Source of the DNA: a virus
Length of the DNA stretch: 41,047 nucleotides
IMG/VR virus record: IMGVR_UViG_3300045988_053841
Direction: 5' to 3' (one strand)
A program made the position numbers and the translations under genes. Shown in pieces: positions 32,280-40,928 of this stretch (its first letter is position 1; each line of letters opens with the position of its first letter). The notes under the pieces are model-generated. The model did not search any database. It was not told the DNA's origin and saw only the letters and a program-made list of their open reading frames with translations.

Positions 32280-32970
32280 CGAGGTGGACTACAAGTGGAA
32301 CGGCTCGCTGACGAAGCGGGCCGCCACCACGCGGATCATCCTGCACCACGCAGCGGCTAAGACCTGCACGGCGCAGCAGATCCACAGCTGGCACCTGGCC
32401 AACGGCTGGGTGGGCATCGGGTACCACTTCTTTGTCCGCAAGGACGGCTCCGTCTACCGGGGCCGTCCGGAGGACACGGTGGGCGCCCACGCCGGCAACA
32501 ACAACTACGACAGCATCGGCGTGTGCTTCGAGGGCAACTACATGACGGAGACCACCATGCCGGAGGCCCAACGGGCCGCGGGTGCGGAGCTGGTGGCCTA
32601 TCTGAAGCAGAAGTACGGCATCACGAAGGTGCAGAAGCACCGGGACGTGAACGCCACCGGGTGCCCCGGCGACAACTTCCCCTTCGAGGCCATCGCCTAC
32701 GGTACGCCGGTGGAGCCGGAGAAGCCGGAGGAGCCCTGCGTGAATATCACGCTGGCGCTGTATATGCTGGCCAAGGGCAGCAAGAGCCAGCAGGTGAAGC
32801 TGCTGCAGCGGACGCTGATCGGCTGGGGCTACAGCGTGGGCGTATACGGCGCGGACGGTGATTTCGGCACGGCCACGGAGAAGGCGGTCAAGAAGTTCCA
32901 GACAGCCAACAAGCTGGCCGCCGACGGCATCGTGGGCAAGAACACATGGACGGCCCTGCTGAGGACGTAA
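32269..32970 (+). CDS. N-acetylmuramoyl-L-alanine amidase endolysin with a PG_binding_1 domain
   Basis: Amidase_2 pattern IILHHAA...GWVGIGYHFFVRKDGSVYRGRP...GAHAGNNNYDSIGVCFEGN. The C-terminus is LQRTLIGWGYSVGVYGADGDFGTATEKAVKKFQ...DGIVGKNTW. Confidence 0.88.
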   Translation: MKINEVDYKWNGSLTKRAATTRIILHHAAAKTCTAQQIHSWHLANGWVGIGYHFFVRKDGSVYRGRPEDTVGAHAGNNNYDSIGVCFEGNYMTETTMPEAQRAAGAELVAYLKQKYGITKVQKHRDVNATGCPGDNFPFEAIAYGTPVEPEKPEEPCVNITLALYMLAKGSKSQQVKLLQRTLIGWGYSVGVYGADGDFGTATEKAVKKFQTANKLAADGIVGKNTWTALLRT

Positions 32971-32983
32971 GGAGGTAAGGGAT

Positions 32984-34294
32984 ATGGCAAGGTACAACGG
33001 AAACATCACCCAGACCACCAACAAGAATAAGAACAAGACCACCGGCACCGGGAACAACCTGGGAGGCACCAAAGCCGGGGGCATCATCAACGGCGCGCTG
33101 GCCGGCGCTGTCTCCGGCAGCGGGGGCATCAGGATCAAGGGCGGATCCTCCGGTGGGAGCAAGGGAGCGGTCTCTGCGCCTCCGGGCTATAAGACTGTAC
33201 AGGTGGGGCGTCTTACCGGCGTAGCGAAGGATACGAGCTCCTCCGGCGGCACCACCAAAAGCAGCGGCAGCAGCGGTTCCGGCGGGAGCCTTGCCGGCGG
33301 CGTGGCCGGGGCCATCGCCGGTGCGGTGAAGGATGCTGCTAAGAACGTGGCGCAGGGTAGCTACTCCGTCGGGAGCTACGGTGGAAGCTCCGGCAGTTCC
33401 GGCGGCTACTCCGGCAGCGGCTACAACAACGGCGGCCTGAGCGCTGACCAGGTCCGGCAGATGCAGGAATACTACGGCACCACCGCGGACGGCCTGTGGG
33501 GCGCGAATTCCGCGGCGGCAGCGGGCGGCATGAGCGCCGCCGAGGCGTGGAACGCCTACCGGGAGGCACTGGCGCAGGACGAGCTGAACGGCGATATGTC
33601 GTGGGAGAACTTCCTGGACCGCATGGGCGGCGCCGACTATGAGCAGCGGCTCCGCGATGCCGTCAACGCGCAGGTGCAGCAGGCCGTAAACGACTACAAC
33701 CGCCAGATCGAGCAGGCGGGCACCAGCCATGAGGAAGCGGCGCGCCGGGCGTACATCAACAAAATGCTGTCCCAGCGGAACATGGAACAGGAGCTGGCGG
33801 CCAGCGGCGTGTACGGCGGCATGGCGGACAGCCAGCGGATCGCGGCGGAGGCCGACTATCAGAACGACCTCACCGACCTTGAGACACAGTACAACGACAC
33901 GATGGCACAGCTGCGGCAGGCCATCACGGCAGCCCGGCTGTCCGGCGACGCGCAGATCGCGGAGCAGATGGCAAACTATCTCAGCCAGGTACAGAGCGAG
34001 TACCGGAACTATCTGCAGGAGCGCATGGCCGCCCGCCAGCAGTCGGGCGGAGGCACCGCAAGCTATCAATCCTATGGCGGCAGCGGCGGTACGGCTACCA
34101 CGCAGGAGCAGAGCAGCGCCGCAGGCACCGGCCTCAGCAACTACAACGCCGTGAAGAACAATATCATGCTGTACGCCTCCCGCGGTATGACCGGCGTGGC
34201 CAACCGCCTTATCCAGCAGGCGTGGGGGCAGCTGAGCACGGCACAGCAGAACGACCTCGCGGCGACAATGAGGCAGAACGGCTGGACAAGCTGA
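32984..34294 (+). CDS. Gly/Ser-rich virion-associated protein (function unknown)
   Basis: ATG at 32984 is preceded by GGAGGTAAGGG. Low-complexity G/S N-terminal half and a helical C-terminal half. It is paired with the giant gene downstream. Confidence 0.5.
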   Translation: MARYNGNITQTTNKNKNKTTGTGNNLGGTKAGGIINGALAGAVSGSGGIRIKGGSSGGSKGAVSAPPGYKTVQVGRLTGVAKDTSSSGGTTKSSGSSGSGGSLAGGVAGAIAGAVKDAAKNVAQGSYSVGSYGGSSGSSGGYSGSGYNNGGLSADQVRQMQEYYGTTADGLWGANSAAAAGGMSAAEAWNAYREALAQDELNGDMSWENFLDRMGGADYEQRLRDAVNAQVQQAVNDYNRQIEQAGTSHEEAARRAYINKMLSQRNMEQELAASGVYGGMADSQRIAAEADYQNDLTDLETQYNDTMAQLRQAITAARLSGDAQIAEQMANYLSQVQSEYRNYLQERMAARQQSGGGTASYQSYGGSGGTATTQEQSSAAGTGLSNYNAVKNNIMLYASRGMTGVANRLIQQAWGQLSTAQQNDLAATMRQNGWTS

Positions 34295-34309
34295 CAGGAG
34301 GGCTCTATC

Positions 34310-37300
34310 ATGGCTAAGAAGTCTATGGCTATGACCATCACCGAAAATAAGACCAAGCAGAGCAAGGCAGGGGCGCGCAGTGCGTCCCTGCCATCTGCGC
34401 TTCCTGCGCTGCAGATGCCGAAGCTGAAGACTCCGGCAAAGACATCGGGGACGCAAATGCCCGTGCTGGGGAAAACCACGTCCAAGGGCATTGGCATCGC
34501 GCAGTCCGTGGCGAACGGATCCGGCACACAGAGTAGCGGGAGAACCACGGCACCGAAGGTGAAGACCGTGAAGCCGGCGCAGCAGTCGGCGACAGACCGG
34601 GCGGCGAACGTTCGCGCATTCGGAGCGGGCGACTACTCCGGCGGCGGGGAGCTGCTGGAAAAAGCGTACAAGACCGCACGCGCCGCAGTAAAGGGCATCG
34701 GCTCCTCCTACGCCAACATCGGCGGCAGCGCCGTGGAGGGCATGGGCAACCTGCAGGAGATCATGCAGCGGGGCGAGTACGACAAAAAGGTACAGCAGAT
34801 GAAGGACAACAAGGCCTTCTATGAGCAGGCCCTGAAAACCGGCGTCAACCCCCGCACCGGCAAGAGGCTGACGGTGGACCAGAAAAGCCGGTACTACAAG
34901 ATACTCAACACGCAGTACACCGACGGCAAGATCGCCCAGATGGAGAATGTCTACAAGGAGGCTACGGCGAACCAAAAGGCCCGGACGATGGAGGCCGCCA
35001 ACGCCGCCTTCGCCGCTTCGGACCGCCTGAAGGCCAGCGCCGACAAGGACGTGGCCGCCGCCAAGGAGGGCAGCGGCAAGGCGGGGCAATTCCTTGTGGA
35101 TCTGGGCTACACCGGCACGCAGCTCCTGGCCGACCTGGCGGCGAACGCCATCGCACCGGGCGCGGGCATGGTATCCATGGCCAGCCGTGTATACGGCGAC
35201 GCCTCCGCAGAGGCCCGGCGGGAGGGTAAGACAGCCGGGCAGCAGGCGCTTTCCGGCCTGAAGGGCGCCACAATCGAGGTGCTGACGGAAAAGCTGTTCG
35301 GCGGTCTCGCCAAGGCCTACGGCGCCGGTACGGCGGACGAACTTGTGGAAAAAGTGGCCGACAAGCTGACCAAGACAGAAGCAGGCCAGCGGGCCGCTGT
35401 GTGGCTCATCAACTCCGGCGGTGAAGGCCTTGAAGAAGTCGTTTCCGACGTGTTGAACCCGCTGGCGGACCGGGCGCTGGGGCTGGACGACGGCACCGGG
35501 GCCATCTTCACAACGGACGACGCGGCGCAGATGGCCTATGATTTCCTGCTGGGCGGCACTATGGGGCTTATCGGCAGCAGCGGTCAGCTGCGGAGAGGTC
35601 GGACGGTGCAGATGCCGACGCTGGAGCGCACGCAGGATACCAGCACGGCGGAAATGCCGCAGTTTGCCACGGAACCGGCGGCACAGGACGCGCAGACGGC
35701 ACCGGTCGTAAACTTTGACGCCGAAACGCAGAACGCCGCAGAGAGGCTTACAGAGCCGAATACGGCGGCGGGGAAAATCACCATGCCGCGGGTGACGGAC
35801 GCCGCGGGGAATACATACGCCCAGCGGCAGGCGGCGGCGACGTTCAACGACGGCTCCAAGAGCGACGCAGAGGGCGTTCTTGGCCTGCTGCGGTCCAATA
35901 TCCCTGCCCTTGAGGGCATAGAGCCGGTGGCCAATGTGACCGGCCAAGAGGTGGGGAAAACCGGCAGGGCCACAGACCGGGTGTATAACTTCTTCCAGAG
36001 CATCGGCGGGAAGGTGCGCCGCGAAGGCTTCGGTGACGTGCTGTTCTCCAAAAGCCGGGTGAGAAACAGCGTAGTCGGACACGGATCGGGAGAGGCAAAG
36101 ATCCAACTGGCGGCGGCCGTACCCGGCGTAATAGAAAACGGTGTGCAGATCAACTACACACCGAACTGGAAGGGGAGAGGGTACGACAGCTATGTGTTTG
36201 CCGCGCCTGTGACCTATGATGGGAAACAGACCTATGTGACAGCCATCGTGACAAAGGATGATGCGAACCGCTATTATCTGCATGAGGCGCTGGACGCGGA
36301 GGGGAATGTGCTTTATAAAAAAGCAGAGGGCTACGACGCCGCCTCCGATAGGCCCACGGCAACACCGCAGGACACTATAGCTGACATCGAGCCCTCTGTT
36401 GATAGTATAACACAGACGGAGGGAGCTGTCAACGAGGTGGAAATGCCGGTGATGCAGGAGGCGGAGACTGCCGCAGAAGAAGCGGACGCTGCACAGACTG
36501 CGCGGCAGACGGTGGAGCAGATGGACGCGGAGTTTGACGCCATGGCGGAGGAGGCCCGCGCCAAACAGCGGCAACGTGAGGCCGAAGGCTACGAGATGCC
36601 GGAAACACTCCGGCGGCTGGGCGTGGATCCCTTCGGTTCCGAGGCGGACTACGCCGGGGCAGAAACGCTGGCGCGGGAGGCGCGGAACAACAATTCCGCC
36701 CGGAAGCAGATGCAGAAGCAGATCAGCAAGATGGCGTTTACGGAGAAGGAGCGTACCTTTGCCCGACAGCTTGCCAATGACAAGATCACATGGCAGGACG
36801 TACCGCCCACGATGGACATGGACCGGCTGGCCACGCTGACCGACTTCTACCGCGCAATGGACAATGATCCGGCGGCGGGGCTGCTGAGCAGACGGCGCGA
36901 CACCATCCTGGAACGGGAAACGGCCAAGATGGAGCCTTTGCTGGGCATGGACGTCACCTATGACGAGGGCGGCATGACGGACAGCGGGAAGCGCAGCGGA
37001 AAGATCGCTAAGAAGTTCAGCACACTGCGCCGGAATTTGCAGACACCGGCTCGCGTATGCGAAACAGAGTGGGGCACGGAGCATGGCCGGAAGGTCTACG
37101 ATGAGCTTTTCTACCCGGTGACGGAGAACAATGGGCGGCAGATCACATGGGTGAATTCCATGCTGGACAGGGTGCGGACCTTCACGGACGGCACCGGCAA
37201 GAAACGGGCGCTGAACCGCAAGGAGCGTGAGCTGGTGCAGAAGCTGGTGGAGTACAGCGCCTCGCAGGACCGAGTAGCCAAGTTCTCCAAGCAGTACGCT

Positions 37301-40189
37301 CCGGCGGTGGAAAATGTGCGGAACGGCGCGGGCGTAGAGGACTCCGCCAAGGAGTTCGGCATCGACAAGTCCTCGCAGGAGTACGCGGACCTGCTGAACT
37401 ACAAGACCTATCTGACCGCCGTGGAGGAACTGACGGCCAGCACAGAGGCCGACGGCACAGCGGTACAGGCCGCCGTGAAGGCATACGGCGACATCTACAA
37501 GGAGCTGTACGAGGGCATCAACACGTTCCTCGTGGCCCACGGATACCAGCCCATCGGCTTTATCGAGGGGTACGCGCCTCATCTCCAACCGGAAAGCGAG
37601 AGGACGGCATTCTCCAAGGCCCTTAAAATGCTGGGGCTGGACGACGCTGCCATGGAGCTGCCTACGTCCATCTCCGGCCAGACAGCGGACCTGAAGCCGT
37701 ACAAGCAGTACAATCCCTTCTTCCAGGAACGCCGGGGAGACAAGACGGAATATGACATTGCCAAGGGCTTTGAAAACTACGTCTACTACCTTGGAAACAT
37801 TTTCTATCACACGGACGACATCATGCGTATCCGTGCAGCGGAGAGGTACATCCGAAAGACCTACAGCAGCGAAGAAGCCAATGAGATGATCACACAGGCC
37901 GAGGATGCACGGAATTTCTCGGACGCCGACATCGAGGAGTTCCTGCGGATGAACGGCCTTGTGGGAAAGAACACAACGCTGGACGAGGGCGATGCCCGCA
38001 TACTGCTCAACGACTACATCGACAAGCTGTATGATCAGATCGGCAACGTGACGCGCTACAGCGAGATGGCGAAGTACCTGGACAACTACGCCAACCGGCT
38101 GGCGGGCAAGCAGAACTATGTAGACCGCGGCGCGGAGGCCGCTACCGGGCGAGGATCGCTGAACTGGATCAATACACTGTCCGGGAAATACGGCGGAGCC
38201 AAGCTGGCGTTTAACGTTTCGTCGGCTATCAATCAGACATCGCAGCTCCCGATGGTGGCTGTGGAAAACGGCGAGAAGTACACGGCGGCAGCCATGCGCG
38301 ACTTCTTCAAGAAGGACAGGAGCAGCTTCGTGAATGAAAGCAACTTCTTGAAGGGCAAGAAGGGTGTAAACTGGCTGCTGGGCGCGGAAACCGGCTGGGA
38401 GAAGTTCAAGCAGGCCGGATTTTCCATGACGGAGGCCGTGGACAGCTTCACAGCCTACACGGCGGTACGCAGTAAGTACCTCAAAGAGACCGCGGCGGGC
38501 AAGAGCCATGCGGAGGCTATCAAGCTGGCGGACGACTACGGCCGCCGCGTGATGGGCTCAAGAGCGCGGGGCGAGAAGCCGGTACTGTTCGACACGAAAA
38601 ACCCCTTCTGGCAGATCGCGACACGGTTCCAGCTCGAAACGCTGAACAGCTGGGAGCACGTCAGCCGCGACCTGCCCAACGAGTTCCGGAAAATGGCGGG
38701 GGAGAAGGGCAAGACTTACGCCGCCCGCGTCATGGGCGGCAGAGCCGCGAAGTACGTCCTGTATGCGTTCCTGGCTAACCTCGCCGTGGGCGAACTGTCC
38801 GGCGGATCGCCGGTGCCCTTCGACCTGCTGGGCAATACCATGGAGGCACTGGGCAAGGCGTGGGGGCTGACCAAGAGCCAGACCGTGGCCACACTGCTGG
38901 ACAGTGTGCTGCAAGCCGTGTTCGATGAACGGCTGTTCGGCACGCCGGAGCCGGAGGACGACGATGACGCCGACTGGTGGGCCGCGCTTGAAAGCCTGTT
39001 CGGCAACGTGGCCAACGATGTGCCGGTAGTCAGCCGGGCCGCGGCGCTGGCCGGCGTGGGAGATCAGACGCTGGCGGTGGCAGACCTGTCCAAGATCGCA
39101 GACCTTGCGAAGTCTGTAAAGGACAAGGGGCTTACATCTGCTGACACGCTGGACAAGGCAGCCACGGCGGGCGGCGAGTTCCTGTACGGCGGCAACCAGC
39201 TCCGCAAGACGATACAGGGCACCATGGACGTGCTACGCGGCGGCAGGTACAATAACGGAAAGCTGCGCTACCAGGTAGATCAGACGCCGTGGAACTACTT
39301 TAAGGGGGCTGTCTTCGGCCGCAGTTCGCTGGACGAGGCGCAGGACTACTATGCGGAGAGGAGCAGCGACTTCTCCGCGAAGCAGACGGAGACCTTCGGA
39401 AACCTGCAGAGCGCCGGTGTGGCCGCCAAGGAGAGTTATGACCTCATCCAGGACCTGCGTGGCATCGAAAAGACCGATGACGAGAGCAAGGCCGAGATGC
39501 AGCGCGAGGCATTGATGTCTTCCGACATCAGCGGAGAGGGGAAGGCGGCGGCTTATTACGGCCTGCTGGCCACCGACAAGGAGAAGGCCGCCATGGACGC
39601 CATAGGCGATGCGGAACCGACGGCGGACATGGGAGAGGTGACGGGCCTGCTGGTGCGCTTTAAGTCGTGCAAGAACGACACAGAGAAGCTGGCGGCGCTG
39701 CAGGACAGCGGATTGACGCTTTCACAGAAAACATCCATCTATACCAACCTCATCGCCAGCGAGGAGGCGCTGAAAGAACAGAGCGACCTTGAGGCCTATG
39801 ACGGCATCACGGCGGAGAAATACTACCAGTACAAGACCGCCGTTACCGGATTGACGGGAAAAGCTGCGAAGATGGCCGCTATCAATGCCCTTGACCTGCT
39901 GAGCGAGGAGAAGGACGCACTCTATTTTGCCAACGGCTGGGCGGAAAGCAAGCTGAACGAAGCACCGTGGCGCTCCGGATACAGCTACGTTGAGATGCCA
40001 GTATTGGGGAGTAGCGGGGCAACGATGCCCATACTTGGCCGGAAACGTACCTCTGAACTGGAGATGCCAGTGCTCAGCAAGGCGGCGTATAGCAATGTGG
40101 AAATGCCGGTACTGGGAAGCCGTGGAAGCTCCGGCGTACAGATGCCTGTGCTGGGCGGCGGTACGGTGAAAATGCCGGTGCTGAAATGA
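34310..40189 (+). CDS. Giant (1959 aa) virion-associated protein: tape-measure-like, internal-ejection-like or polyvalent-protein-like
   Basis: A single uninterrupted ORF with a good RBS (CAGGAGGG). Long helical regions and MPVL-type motifs at both ends. It lies downstream of the lysis cassette. I did not recognise a catalytic domain by eye. Confidence 0.6.
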   Translation: MAKKSMAMTITENKTKQSKAGARSASLPSALPALQMPKLKTPAKTSGTQMPVLGKTTSKGIGIAQSVANGSGTQSSGRTTAPKVKTVKPAQQSATDRAANVRAFGAGDYSGGGELLEKAYKTARAAVKGIGSSYANIGGSAVEGMGNLQEIMQRGEYDKKVQQMKDNKAFYEQALKTGVNPRTGKRLTVDQKSRYYKILNTQYTDGKIAQMENVYKEATANQKARTMEAANAAFAASDRLKASADKDVAAAKEGSGKAGQFLVDLGYTGTQLLADLAANAIAPGAGMVSMASRVYGDASAEARREGKTAGQQALSGLKGATIEVLTEKLFGGLAKAYGAGTADELVEKVADKLTKTEAGQRAAVWLINSGGEGLEEVVSDVLNPLADRALGLDDGTGAIFTTDDAAQMAYDFLLGGTMGLIGSSGQLRRGRTVQMPTLERTQDTSTAEMPQFATEPAAQDAQTAPVVNFDAETQNAAERLTEPNTAAGKITMPRVTDAAGNTYAQRQAAATFNDGSKSDAEGVLGLLRSNIPALEGIEPVANVTGQEVGKTGRATDRVYNFFQSIGGKVRREGFGDVLFSKSRVRNSVVGHGSGEAKIQLAAAVPGVIENGVQINYTPNWKGRGYDSYVFAAPVTYDGKQTYVTAIVTKDDANRYYLHEALDAEGNVLYKKAEGYDAASDRPTATPQDTIADIEPSVDSITQTEGAVNEVEMPVMQEAETAAEEADAAQTARQTVEQMDAEFDAMAEEARAKQRQREAEGYEMPETLRRLGVDPFGSEADYAGAETLAREARNNNSARKQMQKQISKMAFTEKERTFARQLANDKITWQDVPPTMDMDRLATLTDFYRAMDNDPAAGLLSRRRDTILERETAKMEPLLGMDVTYDEGGMTDSGKRSGKIAKKFSTLRRNLQTPARVCETEWGTEHGRKVYDELFYPVTENNGRQITWVNSMLDRVRTFTDGTGKKRALNRKERELVQKLVEYSASQDRVAKFSKQYAPAVENVRNGAGVEDSAKEFGIDKSSQEYADLLNYKTYLTAVEELTASTEADGTAVQAAVKAYGDIYKELYEGINTFLVAHGYQPIGFIEGYAPHLQPESERTAFSKALKMLGLDDAAMELPTSISGQTADLKPYKQYNPFFQERRGDKTEYDIAKGFENYVYYLGNIFYHTDDIMRIRAAERYIRKTYSSEEANEMITQAEDARNFSDADIEEFLRMNGLVGKNTTLDEGDARILLNDYIDKLYDQIGNVTRYSEMAKYLDNYANRLAGKQNYVDRGAEAATGRGSLNWINTLSGKYGGAKLAFNVSSAINQTSQLPMVAVENGEKYTAAAMRDFFKKDRSSFVNESNFLKGKKGVNWLLGAETGWEKFKQAGFSMTEAVDSFTAYTAVRSKYLKETAAGKSHAEAIKLADDYGRRVMGSRARGEKPVLFDTKNPFWQIATRFQLETLNSWEHVSRDLPNEFRKMAGEKGKTYAARVMGGRAAKYVLYAFLANLAVGELSGGSPVPFDLLGNTMEALGKAWGLTKSQTVATLLDSVLQAVFDERLFGTPEPEDDDDADWWAALESLFGNVANDVPVVSRAAALAGVGDQTLAVADLSKIADLAKSVKDKGLTSADTLDKAATAGGEFLYGGNQLRKTIQGTMDVLRGGRYNNGKLRYQVDQTPWNYFKGAVFGRSSLDEAQDYYAERSSDFSAKQTETFGNLQSAGVAAKESYDLIQDLRGIEKTDDESKAEMQREALMSSDISGEGKAAAYYGLLATDKEKAAMDAIGDAEPTADMGEVTGLLVRFKSCKNDTEKLAALQDSGLTLSQKTSIYTNLIASEEALKEQSDLEAYDGITAEKYYQYKTAVTGLTGKAAKMAAINALDLLSEEKDALYFANGWAESKLNEAPWRSGYSYVEMPVLGSSGATMPILGRKRTSELEMPVLSKAAYSNVEMPVLGSRGSSGVQMPVLGGGTVKMPVLK
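39992..40186 (+). repeat. Six tandem peptide repeats ending in (E/T/Q/K)-M-P-(V/I)-L-(G/S/K) at the C-terminus of the giant protein
   Basis: ATG codons at 39995, 40025, 40064, 40103, 40142 and 40172. The Pro and Leu codons differ between copies (cca/ccc/cca/ccg/cct/ccg and ttg/ctt/ctc/ctg/ctg/ctg), so conservation is at the peptide level rather than the DNA level. Confidence 0.85.
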
Positions 40190-40191
40190 TT

Positions 40192-40221
40192 AAAGCCGGA
40201 GAGCTTAGGCTCTCCGGCTTT
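40192..40221. terminator. Bidirectional hairpin terminator between convergent genes
   Basis: AAAGCCGGAGAGC (40192-40204), loop TTAG, GCTCTCCGGCTTT (40209-40221). Confidence 0.7.
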
Positions 40222-40232
40222 GCACTTTAAGA

Positions 40233-40775
40233 CTAATTTCCCAGAACTGGCATTCGAACAACGGAACAGGAGGGACACGCTCTGTACCCGTTGCTTAGGG
40301 CAAGCTCTGTATTGAATATCCAGTATCCGGCCGACAGGTCACATTTCGAGCAGGTGGGATCCCGGTGATACATACGGCCACCGGTAGGAACTACACAGGC
40401 GTTGTCTGCGTAAAGGGAGAGGGCGTCAAGCTCATCCCGCAGGCCCTTGACGGTGGACGTGAGGTTCGATATGCTGGTGCGCGCGTTGGCGTTGTTCTCC
40501 TGGGCGTCAAGCAGGTCTGCGCGGCACTCTGAGTAGGAGATCTCCCTCGCTACGCCGATAGCCAAGGAAGCGAGCAGCGCGACGGAAAGGACGATGACTG
40601 CCACAGAAGGCCTGCGCTTGCGGCGCTTCTTAGGGGCTACGGCACGCCGGGGATCATAGCCGCAATCGCAAGGGGAGCCGGAATGGTTTAGACAACCGCA
40701 GGCCGGGCAGGTATACCATGTGTCCGTGATGGGTTCGTCCTGCACCTCGGTATATTCGACATCGACAAAATCCAT
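40233..40775 (-). CDS. Membrane protein: N-terminal cytoplasmic zinc ribbon, one TM helix, extracellular coiled coil and a Cys-rich C-terminal domain (moron)
   Basis: ATG at 40775 is preceded by AAGGAGG. Contains CPACGC..CDCG, the TM helix VAVIVLSVALLASLAIGV, and MYHRDPTCSKC...GYRACPSC. It ends in RMPVLGN. Confidence 0.7.
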   Translation of the reverse strand: MDFVDVEYTEVQDEPITDTWYTCPACGCLNHSGSPCDCGYDPRRAVAPKKRRKRRPSVAVIVLSVALLASLAIGVAREISYSECRADLLDAQENNANARTSISNLTSTVKGLRDELDALSLYADNACVVPTGGRMYHRDPTCSKCDLSAGYWIFNTELALSNGYRACPSCSVVRMPVLGN

Positions 40776-40798
40776 AGCGATACCTCCTTTATGGCATT

Positions 40799-40827
40799 AG
40801 AATAGACGAGGCATCGGGATTTGTCAA
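40799..40827 (-). promoter_or_regulatory. Own promoter of the attP-adjacent moron
   Basis: On the minus strand: TTGACA (40822-40827), 17 nt, TATTCT (40799-40804). Confidence 0.6.
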
Positions 40828-40843
40828 ATGCTATAGCAATTCT

Positions 40844-40864
40844 TGTCCACATTCTGTCCACATT
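40844..40864. repeat. Putative integrase arm-type sites (TGTCCACATT x2)
   Basis: TGTCCACATT at 40844-40853 and 40855-40864. The context TGTCCACATTYTGTCCACATTTTTTC is the same as at 224-250. Confidence 0.5.
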
Positions 40865-40928
40865 TTTTCAGAAAAGCACAGAAAAACGTAGCAAAAAGAG
40901 GAAACGGACAGAAAGCGACCATGTGGGA

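Noticed and set aside
32888-38509. 1873-aa ORF on the minus strand
   Set aside because: Same artefact, antisense to the 436-aa and 1959-aa + strand genes. It has no RBS, and its composition is dominated by R/A/L/G/H/V.
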